Assembly: GCA_028279805.1 (NCBI GenBank)
Contig: JANQMZ010000007.1
Coordinates: forward strand, 821,279 to 853,278
DNA length: 32,000 nucleotides
Direction of reading: 5' to 3'
Source of the DNA: an archaeon
GTDB lineage: Archaea > Iainarchaeota > Iainarchaeia > Iainarchaeales > JANQMZ01
The position numbers and the translations under genes were made by a program. How positions within the stretch are numbered: position 1 is the first letter of the stretch; each line of letters begins with the position of its first letter. The notes beneath the pieces were generated by a model. The model was not told the DNA's origin, did no database searches, and worked only from the letters and a program-made list of their open reading frames with translations. Of this stretch, positions 16,212-23,507 are shown piece after piece.

Positions 16212-16371
16212 TTGCCTGCAAAACAAGTATAACTATTATTATGACAAGAGACAATGCAATCACAAATTCCGGTGTGATTTTTGGCCCTGAAGCATCAGAG
16301 TCAGAAAATCTCATTAAACCAAGTGTGCTGCTTGGCTGTGAAACATTTTTGCTTTTTCTAAGTTTAACCAT
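16204..16371 (-). CDS. secG: Preprotein translocase Sec61-beta / archaeal SecG (55 aa, below the ORF-track cutoff)
   Basis: Hand translation gives MVKLRKSKNVSQPSSTLGLMRFSDSDASGPKITPEFVIALSLVIIIVILVLQAIS. The pattern basic N-terminus, GLxRF/Y, D...PKIxPExV, then a single C-terminal TM helix is typical of archaeal Sec-beta. The 3' end overlaps the ileS 3' end by 8 nt (convergent). Confidence 0.75.
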   Translation of the reverse strand: MVKLRKSKNVSQPSSTLGLMRFSDSDASGPKITPEFVIALSLVIIIVILVLQAIS

Positions 16372-16391
16372 TTTTTCAGCCTAAGTAAAGT

Positions 16392-16399
16392 ATATATAA
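16392..16399 (-). promoter_or_regulatory. TATA box (TTATATAT on the minus strand) for secG
   Basis: Centred about 25 nt upstream of the ATG at 16371. Confidence 0.45.
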
Positions 16400-16416
16400 T
16401 AAGTCTGGGTTAAACC

Positions 16417-16424
16417 TTATATAT
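16417..16424 (+). promoter_or_regulatory. TATA box (TTATATAT) for the 16446 gene
   Basis: Centred about 26 nt upstream of the ATG at 16446. Same 8-mer as the divergent secG promoter. Confidence 0.45.
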
Positions 16425-16445
16425 TATACTGATGAGCATGATTTT

Positions 16446-17420
16446 ATGGCTGAACTGTCAGGAGATATAGTTAAAACTTTTTCAAAAATTTTAATTGTTT
16501 TAGTTTTAATCGGAGTTTTGTTATACATTTTAACTTTTACCGGGACAATCAAATGCAAAACGGTTCCGGGATGGTGTAATATTTATTATTCAGTCAAAGG
16601 AAAGCCAACAGTTGCAATTGTTCACGGAGACAATGGTTTGGGTGACCCGTTTTTGTTACAGCAGTTACTTCAAAACCCTGAGCACGCAGGAATAAGTGCA
16701 AGAACAATTCCAATTGAAACAATTAGCCTGGGAAACTTAAAAGATTATGAACTTGTTATTGTTGACAGAGCCAGAAAAATGTCTGCAGAACAAATGAAAA
16801 TGTTCATAGATTATGCAAATTCAGGCGGAAATCTGGTCTGGACCGGAGACGCTGGGGCAGAACTGGAAAATGAAGAAAACTATTTGTATGAAGATGAAAG
16901 ATTTGACGGAAACCAGCAACATGTAATCATTGGGCCCTGGTCAAGAAAATTTAACAACAAAATGGTTTTGCTTGACAAAACCTTGTCAGTTCAGTTTAAG
17001 GAAAATTATTGCAATATCGGGAATCAGTCAGCATGCCTTGAAGAACAGGAAAATTGTGCCGGCAAACTGATAACAGTTGACAGTGACCATCCTTTAACAA
17101 GAGCTTTAAGGCCTGAATTAACTTTGTGTTTTTATGGAAAAAATGGTCCAGCCTTAGTTGAACCGACAAACACCGGTTTAAGCAAAACACTTTTATCTGT
17201 TGATTTCGGTTCAAATGTAAATGTTGACGGTGAAAATATTGGAAGAACCTTGCCTGTAATCATTTCATCATCAGAATTAAGCTTTTTGGGATTGAATGTG
17301 GGAGAAAATGTTTTCTATTATGCAATTCCTCCCGAATTGTTATCCGATTCAAGATTGTCAGATGAACACAGGTATGACTCAATTTTGGGCAATTTATATT
17401 TCGGCATTTTGTTCGGTTAA
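16446..17420 (+). CDS. Membrane-anchored (N-terminal TM) secreted-domain protein, Cys-rich; paralogue of 17561..18394
   Basis: 324 aa. One N-terminal TM helix, then VAIVHG...YELVIVDRA...MKMFIDYANSGGNLVWTG...DHPLTRAL. The layout is reminiscent of class-I glutamine-amidotransferase-like/ThuA-like 'putative GATase' domains. This is a weak, by-eye call. Confidence 0.5.
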   Translation: MAELSGDIVKTFSKILIVLVLIGVLLYILTFTGTIKCKTVPGWCNIYYSVKGKPTVAIVHGDNGLGDPFLLQQLLQNPEHAGISARTIPIETISLGNLKDYELVIVDRARKMSAEQMKMFIDYANSGGNLVWTGDAGAELENEENYLYEDERFDGNQQHVIIGPWSRKFNNKMVLLDKTLSVQFKENYCNIGNQSACLEEQENCAGKLITVDSDHPLTRALRPELTLCFYGKNGPALVEPTNTGLSKTLLSVDFGSNVNVDGENIGRTLPVIISSSELSFLGLNVGENVFYYAIPPELLSDSRLSDEHRYDSILGNLYFGILFG

Positions 17421-17560
17421 AACGCCAAAAAAGCATCAAAACATTTATAAACAACCATTTCTATTAGATTTACAATTTGTGCTGACAGCAAAAGTTATTT
17501 AAACACTGGACGCATAAATAGTATTAACATATTCATTGAAAATAGTGAGGTTTGATAATA

Positions 17561-18394
17561 ATGGCTTATCCTGAAGATGATGGGGGCGACGTTGGAATGG
17601 CACCTAGCTTGGGCGGCGGAAGCCTGACAAGCAAATTAAAAAATTTTGAAGGTTTGATTCCTTTAATTTTAATCGGACTTATTGTTGTAGTCGGAGCCAG
17701 CATGCTTGGCTTTGTTGATCTTCCTTTTATTTCAAAACAGGGACCGGTTAACATGCTTGTAATTGGCTCACCTTCAATTCAAACACAGGAAATTTTAGAT
17801 GAGGATAGGGACTTAGTTGTTTACACCATAAGACCTGCCCAGTCTTTAACTGCAAATCCTGGAGAAGCTTTAGGAGAATATGATGTTGTAATGCTTGACC
17901 AGTCAGCACAATTTGACAAAACAATTCCAAGAGTTTTAGGTGAAGCTTTGCAGAATTATGTTACAAAAGGCGGAAAATTAATTGTTGTTGCAAACAGTGG
18001 AATTGCAAGAGTTGGCGCTCCGGACGTAATCGGCTGGAAAGCAAGCCTTGGAGATGTTGTGCCGGTTGAATGTACAAGATTACCAAACGGAACTCCAAGC
18101 TGCCAGCAAAGCGTTTTTGTAAGAGGAGAAATCTGGAGACAGGATTTTGACCATCCAATAATGCGGGGAATTGAACTTGTACCTGCATTACCGGAATTGC
18201 CTCTTTTGGAACTTGAAACATTTGAAGTCAGTGAAACAGGAAACACAGTTGCATTCATTAAAAGCGCTGATACTCCTCAGTGGTATCCTGCTATAGTTGA
18301 AAAAAGACTTGTTTTAGGAAAAAGTGTTTATTTCAATTATAATCCTGGATTGACAAGAGGAATATTTGAAGCAACACTGGCTTATTTGAGGTAA
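17561..18394 (+). CDS. Membrane-anchored secreted-domain protein; paralogue of 16446..17420
   Basis: N-terminal TM, then MLVIGS...YDVVMLDQS...LQNYVTKGGKLIVVANSG...DHPIMRGI...VYFNYNP, with the same motif order as the upstream gene. ATG at 17561 preceded by GTGAGGT; the track starts at the TTG at 17552. Confidence 0.5.
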   Translation: MAYPEDDGGDVGMAPSLGGGSLTSKLKNFEGLIPLILIGLIVVVGASMLGFVDLPFISKQGPVNMLVIGSPSIQTQEILDEDRDLVVYTIRPAQSLTANPGEALGEYDVVMLDQSAQFDKTIPRVLGEALQNYVTKGGKLIVVANSGIARVGAPDVIGWKASLGDVVPVECTRLPNGTPSCQQSVFVRGEIWRQDFDHPIMRGIELVPALPELPLLELETFEVSETGNTVAFIKSADTPQWYPAIVEKRLVLGKSVYFNYNPGLTRGIFEATLAYLR

Positions 18395-18424
18395 AATTTA
18401 CCTCAACCTTTTTCTTTTTTTTCC
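18388..18424 (+). terminator. Hairpin plus T-tract after the 17561..18394 gene
   Basis: GAGGTAAAATTTACCTC (near-perfect palindrome spanning the stop codon) is followed by CCTTTTTCTTTTTTTTCC. Oligo-T tracts are archaeal termination signals. Confidence 0.4.
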
Positions 18425-18511
18425 AATTTTTCAACATTTTTAATACTTTTGCAGCAGACTATTATTAATTAGCACAATAATTTGCAAAAAACTACTTTGG
18501 AGGTAACAATC

Positions 18512-18919
18512 ATGACTGAAAAAACAAAAACCAATGAAAACGACCCAAAAGCTGAAGCAAAAGAGACTCCTGTTGAAAAACCAGAAGCAAAGAAAACAGA
18601 TGCTTCAAAGCCTGAAGCAAAACCGGCTTTAAAGCAAAAAGCCCAGCTTGGTGCTGATAACACTGTTTTTGTAGGAAAAAAAGGAACAATGGCTTATGTT
18701 TTGGCTGTTGTTACACAATTTAATGGCGGAGCAAAAGAAGTTACAGTAAAAGCACGTGGAAGAGCTATCAGCAGAGCAGTGGATGTTGCTGAAATAGTCA
18801 AACACAGATTTGTTTCAGAGGTTAAAATTGGCGATATTTCAACAACAACTGAAGAAGTAACGTCTTCTGACGGCAAAACATTAAAAGTTTCAGCAATAGA
18901 AATCAAGCTAAACAAGTAA
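18512..18919 (+). CDS. albA: Alba (Sac10b) DNA/RNA-binding protein with a ~50 aa Lys/Glu/Pro/Ala-rich N-terminal extension
   Basis: The core [51 protein letters not shown] is a near-consensus Alba sequence. ATG at 18512 with GGAGGT at 18499..18504. Confidence 0.9.
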   Translation: MTEKTKTNENDPKAEAKETPVEKPEAKKTDASKPEAKPALKQKAQLGADNTVFVGKKGTMAYVLAVVTQFNGGAKEVTVKARGRAISRAVDVAEIVKHRFVSEVKIGDISTTTEEVTSSDGKTLKVSAIEIKLNK

Positions 18920-19060
18920 ACGCTTGATTTTATTGTTTCTTTTTTTTATTTTTAAGCGGTTTTTACCAAAAGCGTTTTAAAAGCAAGGGTTTATTATGAA
19001 TAAGTTAGGTTTTCAAAACCTGGCTTAAAAAGCTGTTTTTTGTTCAAAATACGAAAAGTT

Positions 19061-19068
19061 TTTAAATA
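19061..19068 (+). promoter_or_regulatory. TATA-like box for the wHTH regulator; implies a leaderless transcript
   Basis: TTTAAATA, centred about 26 nt upstream of the ATG at 19092. Confidence 0.45.
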
Positions 19069-19087
19069 TCATGATACTATCATGATA
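19067..19087. promoter_or_regulatory. Two tandem perfect 10-bp palindromes TATCATGATA (candidate operator)
   Basis: TATCATGATA at 19067..19076 and 19078..19087, separated by 1 nt. They lie between the TATA-like box and the start codon of the wHTH gene. Confidence 0.5.
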
Positions 19088-19091
19088 CATC

Positions 19092-19562
19092 ATGTCTGAC
19101 TTTGATTCTAATAAAAATTCCAAAAATGAAATTAAAGACATTATTGAAAAAATTTCACCAGATTTTAAAGAAACTTCAGCGGACTTTGAGGACATTGCAA
19201 AATATTCTTCTGATCCAATGGTTTTGTCTGCACTGGTTTTTAAGTTAGCGCAGGAGAAGGAAAAAACAAATAAAATGCTTAACCAGATTCATGACAAGTT
19301 TGACAAAATTTTGTTTGAATTAAAAAAATCTGAAACTGACACTTCTATCCCAACCACCACCTTTAGTGTTCTGCCGGAGCAGGACCAAAAGATCCTTGAC
19401 CTTATCGAAACAAAAGGTATGGCCGAGGCAAGAGACGTTATGCAGATACTTGAATATTCAGGATTGAATGCTGCGTCTCAACGCTTAAACAAACTTTACA
19501 AGGAGGGGCATTTGAAAAAAATAAGATCCGGTAAAAAAGTCTTATATCTTGCAAAGAATTAA
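19092..19562 (+). CDS. Winged-helix (MarR/ArsR-like) DNA-binding protein with an acidic/coiled N-terminal half
   Basis: 156 aa. The C-terminal LPEQDQKILDLIETKGMAEARDVMQILEYSGLNAASQRLNKLYKEGHLKKIRSGKKVLY fits the wHTH pattern. Confidence 0.65.
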   Translation: MSDFDSNKNSKNEIKDIIEKISPDFKETSADFEDIAKYSSDPMVLSALVFKLAQEKEKTNKMLNQIHDKFDKILFELKKSETDTSIPTTTFSVLPEQDQKILDLIETKGMAEARDVMQILEYSGLNAASQRLNKLYKEGHLKKIRSGKKVLYLAKN

Positions 19563-19694
19563 AACCCTTTGCTCTCACACACAAGAGCGTTAAGTGCTGA
19601 CCCAACCACCAACCTTTTCACCACTTAATCGCTCGCCTCCTTTTAACCGGATTTTTTTTTGAATGCTCCTCCCTCCTTTGCCCTGTTTTTTTAA

Positions 19695-21167
19695 TCAGTT
19701 CAAAGAGCTTATTGCAATTTTTTGTTTTGAATTTTTTCTGATTTGAGTTAAAATTGCAAGCATGTTCCATTCTGTTAAAAGTTTTGACCTTGTTTTTATA
19801 ACAGTTTTATTTTCATAATCGGTTTTTTCTAAAACATTTATTCCAAAAAAGTTTTCAGTCAAAAAATTTGATTCATTTTTGTTTTCAAGCCAGTGTACTA
19901 CAAAGCCTTTGTTTTTTTCACTTGGAACAACGATTTCAACATACAAATAGGTTTGAGGTTTTAATTCAAGCTTTAATTTTTCTTCAAGTTCGTTTGTTCT
20001 GAATTCTTTTCCGGGAACAATTCTGTAATAAGCCAGCCATTCAAGTTTGTAAGATTCTTTTATTTCACCAAACTCTGAAACAATTGAATCAATTTTTTTC
20101 TTTTCAGCATTTTTTGGCAAGCCGTAAATGAATAAACCGTTTCCTTCTCCGTCCAAAGGATTTTTTGTAAACTCTTTTGAAAAATTAAAAACAGGGGTGC
20201 CAAAACCAAAGTTAAAAATTGTTCCGAAAAAAGCAGGCAAAAACAGTAAAAAAAGCAAACCAGCAGCCAAATTAAAAGGCTTTTTTACATTTTTTGTTCC
20301 TTGTTTCCATAAAAAATATCCAAGCCCTGTAACCATAATCAAAGGAATTGTAAAATTGTCAGAGAGCGAAAAAACATTATACAAAGGACCCAGAGCAAGG
20401 GGAATAACTCCGATAAAAAGCATGGGGCTAAAATCTTTCAGTGTTTTGTTGCTTGTTTGTAAAAAATTTTTAGAAAAATAAATAGCCAAAAATAGTGCGG
20501 TTACAAGAAAAACAGTTGAACCTGCTCCCCCGTCAATTATTACTCCGGCAAGCCCGAACATTCCGATGTTAAAAACAAAAAAATCAAACAATTCAATTTT
20601 TTTAAGCATTGAATTAATATGAATTAATCCAAAAACAATTACAAGCACAACAATAACAAGCAAAATTATCGCCCAAATTTCCGGGTTTTGTTGTATTTCA
20701 TAAAGCGGTTGGCCTGAATCAAAGGAAGAAAAGTTTTGTCCAAGAATTTGTGTAACAAAGTATATTGTTCCTTTTGTTAAATGGTTATGATACAAGGATG
20801 TTGCTTCCCAGTTTGTCATATTTTCATTTATTGTTGCAATGGGGTAATTGGAATTTAATTCATTTGCAAAAAAACCTGTCTGAACAAGCCCTAATGTAAG
20901 CCCTATAATTCCGGTTAAAATCATTGCAGTAAAATATCTGAATGCTTTTTTTTCATCAATTTTTTTCCCAGTTTTAACAACCATCAGGGAAATTATTCCT
21001 GAAAATGTTAATGCACTCAAAAAAAGCAGTGTTTTTATTTCAGCATTCCCGCCCAAAAATGCCTGAATCACGCCGTGAAAAAAATTCATCGCAGTTGAAT
21101 TAAGCAAAATGATTACAATTATTGCAATATTCGCCAGAACAAATGCTGTTAATTTTTTTTGATTCAT
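19695..21167 (-). CDS. Polytopic membrane protein with a C-terminal soluble domain, function unknown
   Basis: 490 aa with about 9-10 hydrophobic spans, then a ~150 aa hydrophilic C-terminus. 4 nt downstream of the 21172..23463 gene. Confidence 0.55.
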   Translation of the reverse strand: MNQKKLTAFVLANIAIIVIILLNSTAMNFFHGVIQAFLGGNAEIKTLLFLSALTFSGIISLMVVKTGKKIDEKKAFRYFTAMILTGIIGLTLGLVQTGFFANELNSNYPIATINENMTNWEATSLYHNHLTKGTIYFVTQILGQNFSSFDSGQPLYEIQQNPEIWAIILLVIVVLVIVFGLIHINSMLKKIELFDFFVFNIGMFGLAGVIIDGGAGSTVFLVTALFLAIYFSKNFLQTSNKTLKDFSPMLFIGVIPLALGPLYNVFSLSDNFTIPLIMVTGLGYFLWKQGTKNVKKPFNLAAGLLFLLFLPAFFGTIFNFGFGTPVFNFSKEFTKNPLDGEGNGLFIYGLPKNAEKKKIDSIVSEFGEIKESYKLEWLAYYRIVPGKEFRTNELEEKLKLELKPQTYLYVEIVVPSEKNKGFVVHWLENKNESNFLTENFFGINVLEKTDYENKTVIKTRSKLLTEWNMLAILTQIRKNSKQKIAISSLN

Positions 21168-21171
21168 TTAA

Positions 21172-23463
21172 TTAACTCCTTAAATGCACGTAAAATGAAC
21201 CGTTTGAATAAATTTTATCAAGCTGTTCAAATTCTATTTTTTCAGGCTGCAAATTGCTTCCGACAGGCTGGCTTTCAATAAAAATTGACCTGTTTACCAC
21301 ATATTTTATTCCGTGTTTTTTTAGTATTACATTTTTTCCTGTCTGCAGAAATTCAAAGCTTTCATTAATTTTTTCAGAATCCGCATATTCAACAGCCAAA
21401 TCGCTTAAAATTTTTCTTTCGGTTAAAAAAACAACTGAATGTCCCAAAGCCGGCTCAACCAAAAAATTTGCTTCGGTTGAAGTGTTTTCTTTTAAAAAAG
21501 AAGCCATTTCAATTTCGCTTGCAGGCGTTGAAAACATTGTCATCGCAGTAAAAGTTGTTATTAATCCTAATATTAATGCAAGGCTTAAAGCATGCTCTGC
21601 AAATTTTTGTTTGAAAATTTTTTCAGGCAATGTTTTTGCAATAAACAATGCAAACAATAAAGCTGTTGCAATATTTACCCTGTAACTTATAAATGTCTGT
21701 ACAAGTGCAAGAATTAAAACCGTTGCAAGAATTTTTTTTGATTCATGATTCAGTTTAATTTTTTTTGTCAAAAACATTGGCATTAAAACAATTAATGAAA
21801 ACAGTGACATTGCAAGAGTGTCAAGTATTACTCCTGGCCACGGCATTCCGAAATTGTAACCCCATACGCTTGCATTTGCCTGTGTTACAAAACCATGCCT
21901 TAATATTACCTGGCTGAATGAAATTAAAACCAGAACAGATGCGATCAAAACCTGTTTCAGAACGGGAACAATTTTTTTAAATCCGAGCAATACAACTCCT
22001 ATGATTCCGAAAAAAGCGAGAAGCAATGGCTGCATGAATCCTGCAAATGCCAAAAGAATTCCAGGAGTAATTTTATTGTTTTCTTTTAAAAAAACAGCCA
22101 GTGCCAGCAACATAAAAGAAAAACTGATTGTGTGCCTTATGTTAAACATTAAGTCTCCGAAAATAAAACCGCTCATGAAAAAAAGAGCTGTTATAAGATA
22201 AGCAATTTTTGTTTCAATTTTTAATTCTTTTAACAATAAAAGCATTGAAACCAGAATCATTGTTCCTGCTAACAGCGTTATAATGGGAAAAATGTTGCTG
22301 CCGGGCAACCCTGTTAAAACCTGTAAAGCTGCGTTTATGAAAAAGTATCCTGAAACATATCCAAAAGGCTTTGTTCCTAATTCTGAAAAAGGGTCAATTA
22401 CGGGAATTTCATGTGTTTGGGCTATTAATGTTGCCTGTCTTTCATAAAAGGATGTCCAAAGGCTTACATAGTTTTCAGTAAACAAATGAAAAAATAATGC
22501 GCTGAACAAAATAAATCCGATTAACAGAATTTCAAAATAGCTTAATTTTCTTATTTTTATTTTATTTTTCTGAAAATTTTTTTTAAAATAAAAAGCCAAT
22601 CCTAGTGTAAAAAAGACTGTTATTAAAGCCATTAATTCTGCTGAAAAAATATTGGCATTTAACAAAATAAAAGGAATTACTCCCATGAACCCGAAAAATG
22701 ACGCAATGGAATAAGCGGTTCTTTCAAGCAGATTTTTTTTTGCAAAAACAAACAAAAACAAAACACTTAGAAGTCCTGCAATAATGGCAAGGCTTAAAAC
22801 AAGCGGAATATGAAAAGTTTCTTTTTTTTGAACAATTGTTTCCTCACTTTGATTCCCAAAAACAATTTTTACATTGTTTTCTCCGGGTTGAAGGGAAAGT
22901 TTTTCAGAAAATTCCTGATTTTTTTTTGAAGGAAAAACACTGTGATCTTTTTTTCCGTTTACAAGAATTGTAGCAGGTTCATATTTTTGCAAGTCATTGT
23001 TTTCAATTTTGAAAACAATTTCATTTTCGTTTGCTGAAACAATTGAAATTTTTGGATTTTGCTGTTCCAAAAAATCGGTTTTTTGAATGTGGTAAAAAAC
23101 CCTGTCATTTCCAAGATTAATAAAAACAATGTTGTCTCCCGATTCAAGTTCTTCAGAGGAAAAGCATTCATTTAATGTTTGTTTTTGTGAAACATCTATT
23201 TTTTTTTCAATTAATATTTTTTTGTTTACAGTTACATTTAATTTTTCAATTTTTTTCCGGTCAAAATTGTTTGGCTCCAGGTTTAGATTAAAGCAGGCAT
23301 CATTTTCTGCAATTTTTTTGTCAAAAGATTTTAACTGCATTTCAGTAAACGCAGGTTTTGTTGCAAGGGAATGCCAGTAACCTGTTGTAAAAACAGCTAA
23401 AAACAATATTAAAAAAATTCCGGCAAATATTTTGAATTCCTGTGAAAAACGCATTTTTCTCAC
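21172..23463 (-). CDS. Large polytopic membrane protein, GT-C-like (PMT/ArnT-type glycosyltransferase fold candidate) with an N-terminal extracellular beta-rich region
   Basis: 763 aa. Signal-anchor, ~200 aa hydrophilic region, more than 12 TM spans, and a ~110 aa C-terminal soluble domain resembling that of the 23508..24920 protein. Confidence 0.45.
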   Translation of the reverse strand: MRKMRFSQEFKIFAGIFLILFLAVFTTGYWHSLATKPAFTEMQLKSFDKKIAENDACFNLNLEPNNFDRKKIEKLNVTVNKKILIEKKIDVSQKQTLNECFSSEELESGDNIVFINLGNDRVFYHIQKTDFLEQQNPKISIVSANENEIVFKIENNDLQKYEPATILVNGKKDHSVFPSKKNQEFSEKLSLQPGENNVKIVFGNQSEETIVQKKETFHIPLVLSLAIIAGLLSVLFLFVFAKKNLLERTAYSIASFFGFMGVIPFILLNANIFSAELMALITVFFTLGLAFYFKKNFQKNKIKIRKLSYFEILLIGFILFSALFFHLFTENYVSLWTSFYERQATLIAQTHEIPVIDPFSELGTKPFGYVSGYFFINAALQVLTGLPGSNIFPIITLLAGTMILVSMLLLLKELKIETKIAYLITALFFMSGFIFGDLMFNIRHTISFSFMLLALAVFLKENNKITPGILLAFAGFMQPLLLAFFGIIGVVLLGFKKIVPVLKQVLIASVLVLISFSQVILRHGFVTQANASVWGYNFGMPWPGVILDTLAMSLFSLIVLMPMFLTKKIKLNHESKKILATVLILALVQTFISYRVNIATALLFALFIAKTLPEKIFKQKFAEHALSLALILGLITTFTAMTMFSTPASEIEMASFLKENTSTEANFLVEPALGHSVVFLTERKILSDLAVEYADSEKINESFEFLQTGKNVILKKHGIKYVVNRSIFIESQPVGSNLQPEKIEFEQLDKIYSNGSFYVHLRS

Positions 23464-23507
23464 TTGAATTAAAATACCCTGAAAGCATTTTTAATGGCTT
23501 TATTGTT

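Noticed and set aside
16429-16453. CUGAUGAG ... CUGA resembling a hammerhead core or C/D' boxes
   Set aside because: It overlaps the promoter-to-start-codon region of the 16446 gene. There is no second box pair, no flanking helices and no GAAA element, so it is most likely coincidental.
21172-23463. AglB/STT3 oligosaccharyltransferase call for the 763-aa membrane protein (the segment SVWGYNFG superficially resembles WWDYG)
   Set aside because: The catalytic WWDYG motif is not actually present (no WWD, and Asp is missing), and no DK/MI motif was recognised. Only a generic GT-C-like call is retained.
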